Assembly (NCBI GenBank): GCA_040768745.1
Contig: JAXGMI010000001.1
Location: forward strand, 608,001 to 672,000
Reading direction: 5' to 3'
DNA: 64,000 nucleotides
From: Desulfomicrobium sp.
GTDB taxonomy: Bacteria > Desulfobacterota > Desulfovibrionia > Desulfovibrionales > Desulfomicrobiaceae
Positions 59,405-64,000 of this stretch are shown piece after piece. A program made the position numbers and the translations under genes. The notes beneath the pieces are model-generated. The model ran no database searches. It was not told where the DNA came from and was given only the letters and a program-made list of their open reading frames with translations. Every line of letters begins with the position of its first letter. The stretch's first letter is position 1.

Positions 59405-59949
59405 TCGTCGTCTCCTTCCAGGTCAACTACCTCTTTTTTGGCCAGCTGCATGCTTTCCTTGGCCTCGTCCAGAAGCTTGAATCCTTCGGCCCGCCCCTGG
59501 ATGACCGCCCACAGGAGGTGGAGCAGCCTCACGGCCAGCATGGCCATGCCTACGAACAGGATACTGTAGGCCACCCATTTGGGAATGGGGATGTCATGGA
59601 GGTGAATACCGATCTTGATGAGTTTGCCGAGGAAGACCCAGGAGCCAAACAGAAACAGGCCGCAATAGGCCAGGCACAGAAGGATGGCCACGATGCCGAC
59701 AGTGCGGCGCACATGCGCTGGAAAGAGCTTGACCAGGGCGTCCACCCCGATGTGCGACCCCACCTTGATGCCGTAGGACACACCGAACATGACCATCCAG
59801 CCAGAAAGCAGTAGCGTCAATTCCTGCGCCCACATGATCCCGACATTGAAGCCGAAGCGCAAGACCACTTCCACAAAAACCAGAAGCGTCATGGCCGCCA
59901 GGAGGAGGGAAATGATCCCCTCCTCCAGCTTGTTGATGAAGGTATTCAT
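59401..59949 (-). CDS. dctQ: TRAP transporter small permease
   Basis: Four TMs, WAQEL and HIGVD motifs. Confidence 0.88.
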   Translation of the reverse strand: MNTFINKLEEGIISLLLAAMTLLVFVEVVLRFGFNVGIMWAQELTLLLSGWMVMFGVSYGIKVGSHIGVDALVKLFPAHVRRTVGIVAILLCLAYCGLFLFGSWVFLGKLIKIGIHLHDIPIPKWVAYSILFVGMAMLAVRLLHLLWAVIQGRAEGFKLLDEAKESMQLAKKEVVDLEGDDE

Positions 59950-59958
59950 GGACAGAGA

Positions 59959-60948
59959 CTAGTTGTTGGCGGCGATGGCGGCAGCAAGGTTTTCCTTGCC
60001 CACGGCCTCTTCGAACTTCTTCCACACGGGCTTCATTGCTTCAACCCAGGCTTGGCGTTCTTCCGGAGTCAAGGTGATGAGCTGGGAACGCTTGGAGTCG
60101 ATGATCTTCTGCTTGTCTTCCAGATCCTTCTGCGCGGACACCTTGTTGCCCAACGCGATGGACTCCTTCAGGCATCCTTCCAGGACCGTGCGGATGTCAG
60201 CGGGCAGCCCCTCCCAGAACTCCGACGAACTGACAACCAGATAGTCCAGAACGCCGTGATTGGATTCAGTGATGTAGGACTGCACCTCGTAGAACTTCTG
60301 CGAATAGAGGTTGGACCAGGGGTTTTCCGCGCCATCGATGGCCTTGGTCTGCAGCAGGGTGAAGACCTCGGAAAAGGGCTTCTTAATGGGCATGGCTCCC
60401 ACGGCCTCGAACTGTGCGGCCAGGACGTCGGAGGTCATGATGCGGAATTTCTTGTTCTTGGCATCACTGGGAAGACGGATGGGATCACTTGCCGAAAGCA
60501 CCTTGAACCCGTTGTGCAGATAGCCCAGCCCGATAATGCCCTTGTCCTTCATGGAGTGAATCATAGCCTGACCATGGGGACCCTGCTGGAACTTGTCCAC
60601 AGCCGCCATGTCCTTGAACAGGAAGGGCAGGTCATAGATCTGCAGCAGAGGCGTGTACTTCTGAAACTTAGCCAATGCCGGGGCTATGAGATGCACGTCG
60701 CCCAGCAAAAGAGCCTCCATTTCATTCGTATCCCCGAAAAGCTGCGAGTTGGGGTAGACCTCCACCACGACCTTGCCGGCCAAACGTTCGGCCACGAGAT
60801 CGCGGAACTTGTTGGCCATGATGCCCTTGGGCGTGTCTTCAGCCACGACATGGGAAAACTTGATCACAATGGGAGCAGCGATGGCGGATGCAGCACACAG
60901 AAAAACCGCAGTCACCACAAACGCAAGAATGGCCTTCAGCTTCAACAT
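59959..60948 (-). CDS. dctP: TRAP substrate-binding protein (C4-dicarboxylate type)
   Basis: IKFSHVVAEDTPKG, VYPNSQL and DGAENP motifs. Confidence 0.9.
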   Translation of the reverse strand: MLKLKAILAFVVTAVFLCAASAIAAPIVIKFSHVVAEDTPKGIMANKFRDLVAERLAGKVVVEVYPNSQLFGDTNEMEALLLGDVHLIAPALAKFQKYTPLLQIYDLPFLFKDMAAVDKFQQGPHGQAMIHSMKDKGIIGLGYLHNGFKVLSASDPIRLPSDAKNKKFRIMTSDVLAAQFEAVGAMPIKKPFSEVFTLLQTKAIDGAENPWSNLYSQKFYEVQSYITESNHGVLDYLVVSSSEFWEGLPADIRTVLEGCLKESIALGNKVSAQKDLEDKQKIIDSKRSQLITLTPEERQAWVEAMKPVWKKFEEAVGKENLAAAIAANN

Positions 60949-61444
60949 TCCGGGTACCCTCCATACAGTTAAATTTGTTTGCGTATAACTATACGCAGCG
61001 AGCCTTTTTCGCAATACATTTCAAGCAAATCGTCATTTTTTGTTCTAGGAAGGCCCTCGGGAAGCTCCAAATCGATTGAACAAACGATCAATTTGCAAGC
61101 TCAGATTTTTCCCTTTTTTCGCCAATACATAAAAAAATACAGTCAATTTCTGTTTACAATGAATTGCATGCGGAAAAATACGGATTCTGCTGAACGGGCA
61201 AGATGCACTAGGTAGTGCAGTTGACTCTCGATCATACTGGCCCATCGTGCCTCCTGCCAGACCTTCCGGCACAGCGTGACGGCTGCGTCTTTGGAAGCAA
61301 CTGCTCGTTTTCCTTGTGCTGCTGACACCCTGAAAAGGAAAACGCAGCGCAGGGTCAGACTTCTCCGAACCCGGCGCTGCGTCTCCATGGAATGCGGTCC
61401 AGCTCAAATGCTGATGCCGGACCGCGTGTCCGCCAAGAGCAAGC

Positions 61445-64000
<2,556 letters not shown>

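Overview
High-GC chromosomal window from a sulfate-reducing Desulfobacterota bacterium, inferred from gene content (DVU0145-0152-like cluster, many sigma-54 regulators); probably Desulfomicrobium/Desulfovibrionales-like. In order it holds: nested IS remnants (IS1634 inside an IS3-family element), uvsE, a TPP-riboswitch-controlled thiamine salvage operon (thiM-thiE-thiD-ABC), a prophage, pgm, a LIV-type ABC/acyl-CoA ligase cluster with a sigma-54 two-component system, yajQ, mucR, a TSUP/DVU0150/PEP-utilizer cluster, a glutamate-synthase-like FMN protein, a NarXL-like pair, manB, perR-catalase, a TRAP transporter and part of carB. The main finding is an apparently complete ~8.9 kb filamentous (inovirus-like) prophage at 12079-21055. 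It is integrated in tRNA-Arg(CCT) between perfect 64-bp att repeats. It encodes a repressor, an ssDNA-binding-like protein, three tiny hydrophobic ORFs missing from the ORF track, a major coat protein, pIII/pVI-like proteins, a Zot/pI ATPase, a Rep_trans-type initiator, an Xis-like protein overlapping a tyrosine integrase, and orphan cargo genes. Its cis signals are readable in the DNA: candidate integrase arm sites at both ends, a phage-supplied tRNA terminator, and a rolling-circle nick hairpin where a 41-bp tandem duplication begins exactly at the predicted nick.
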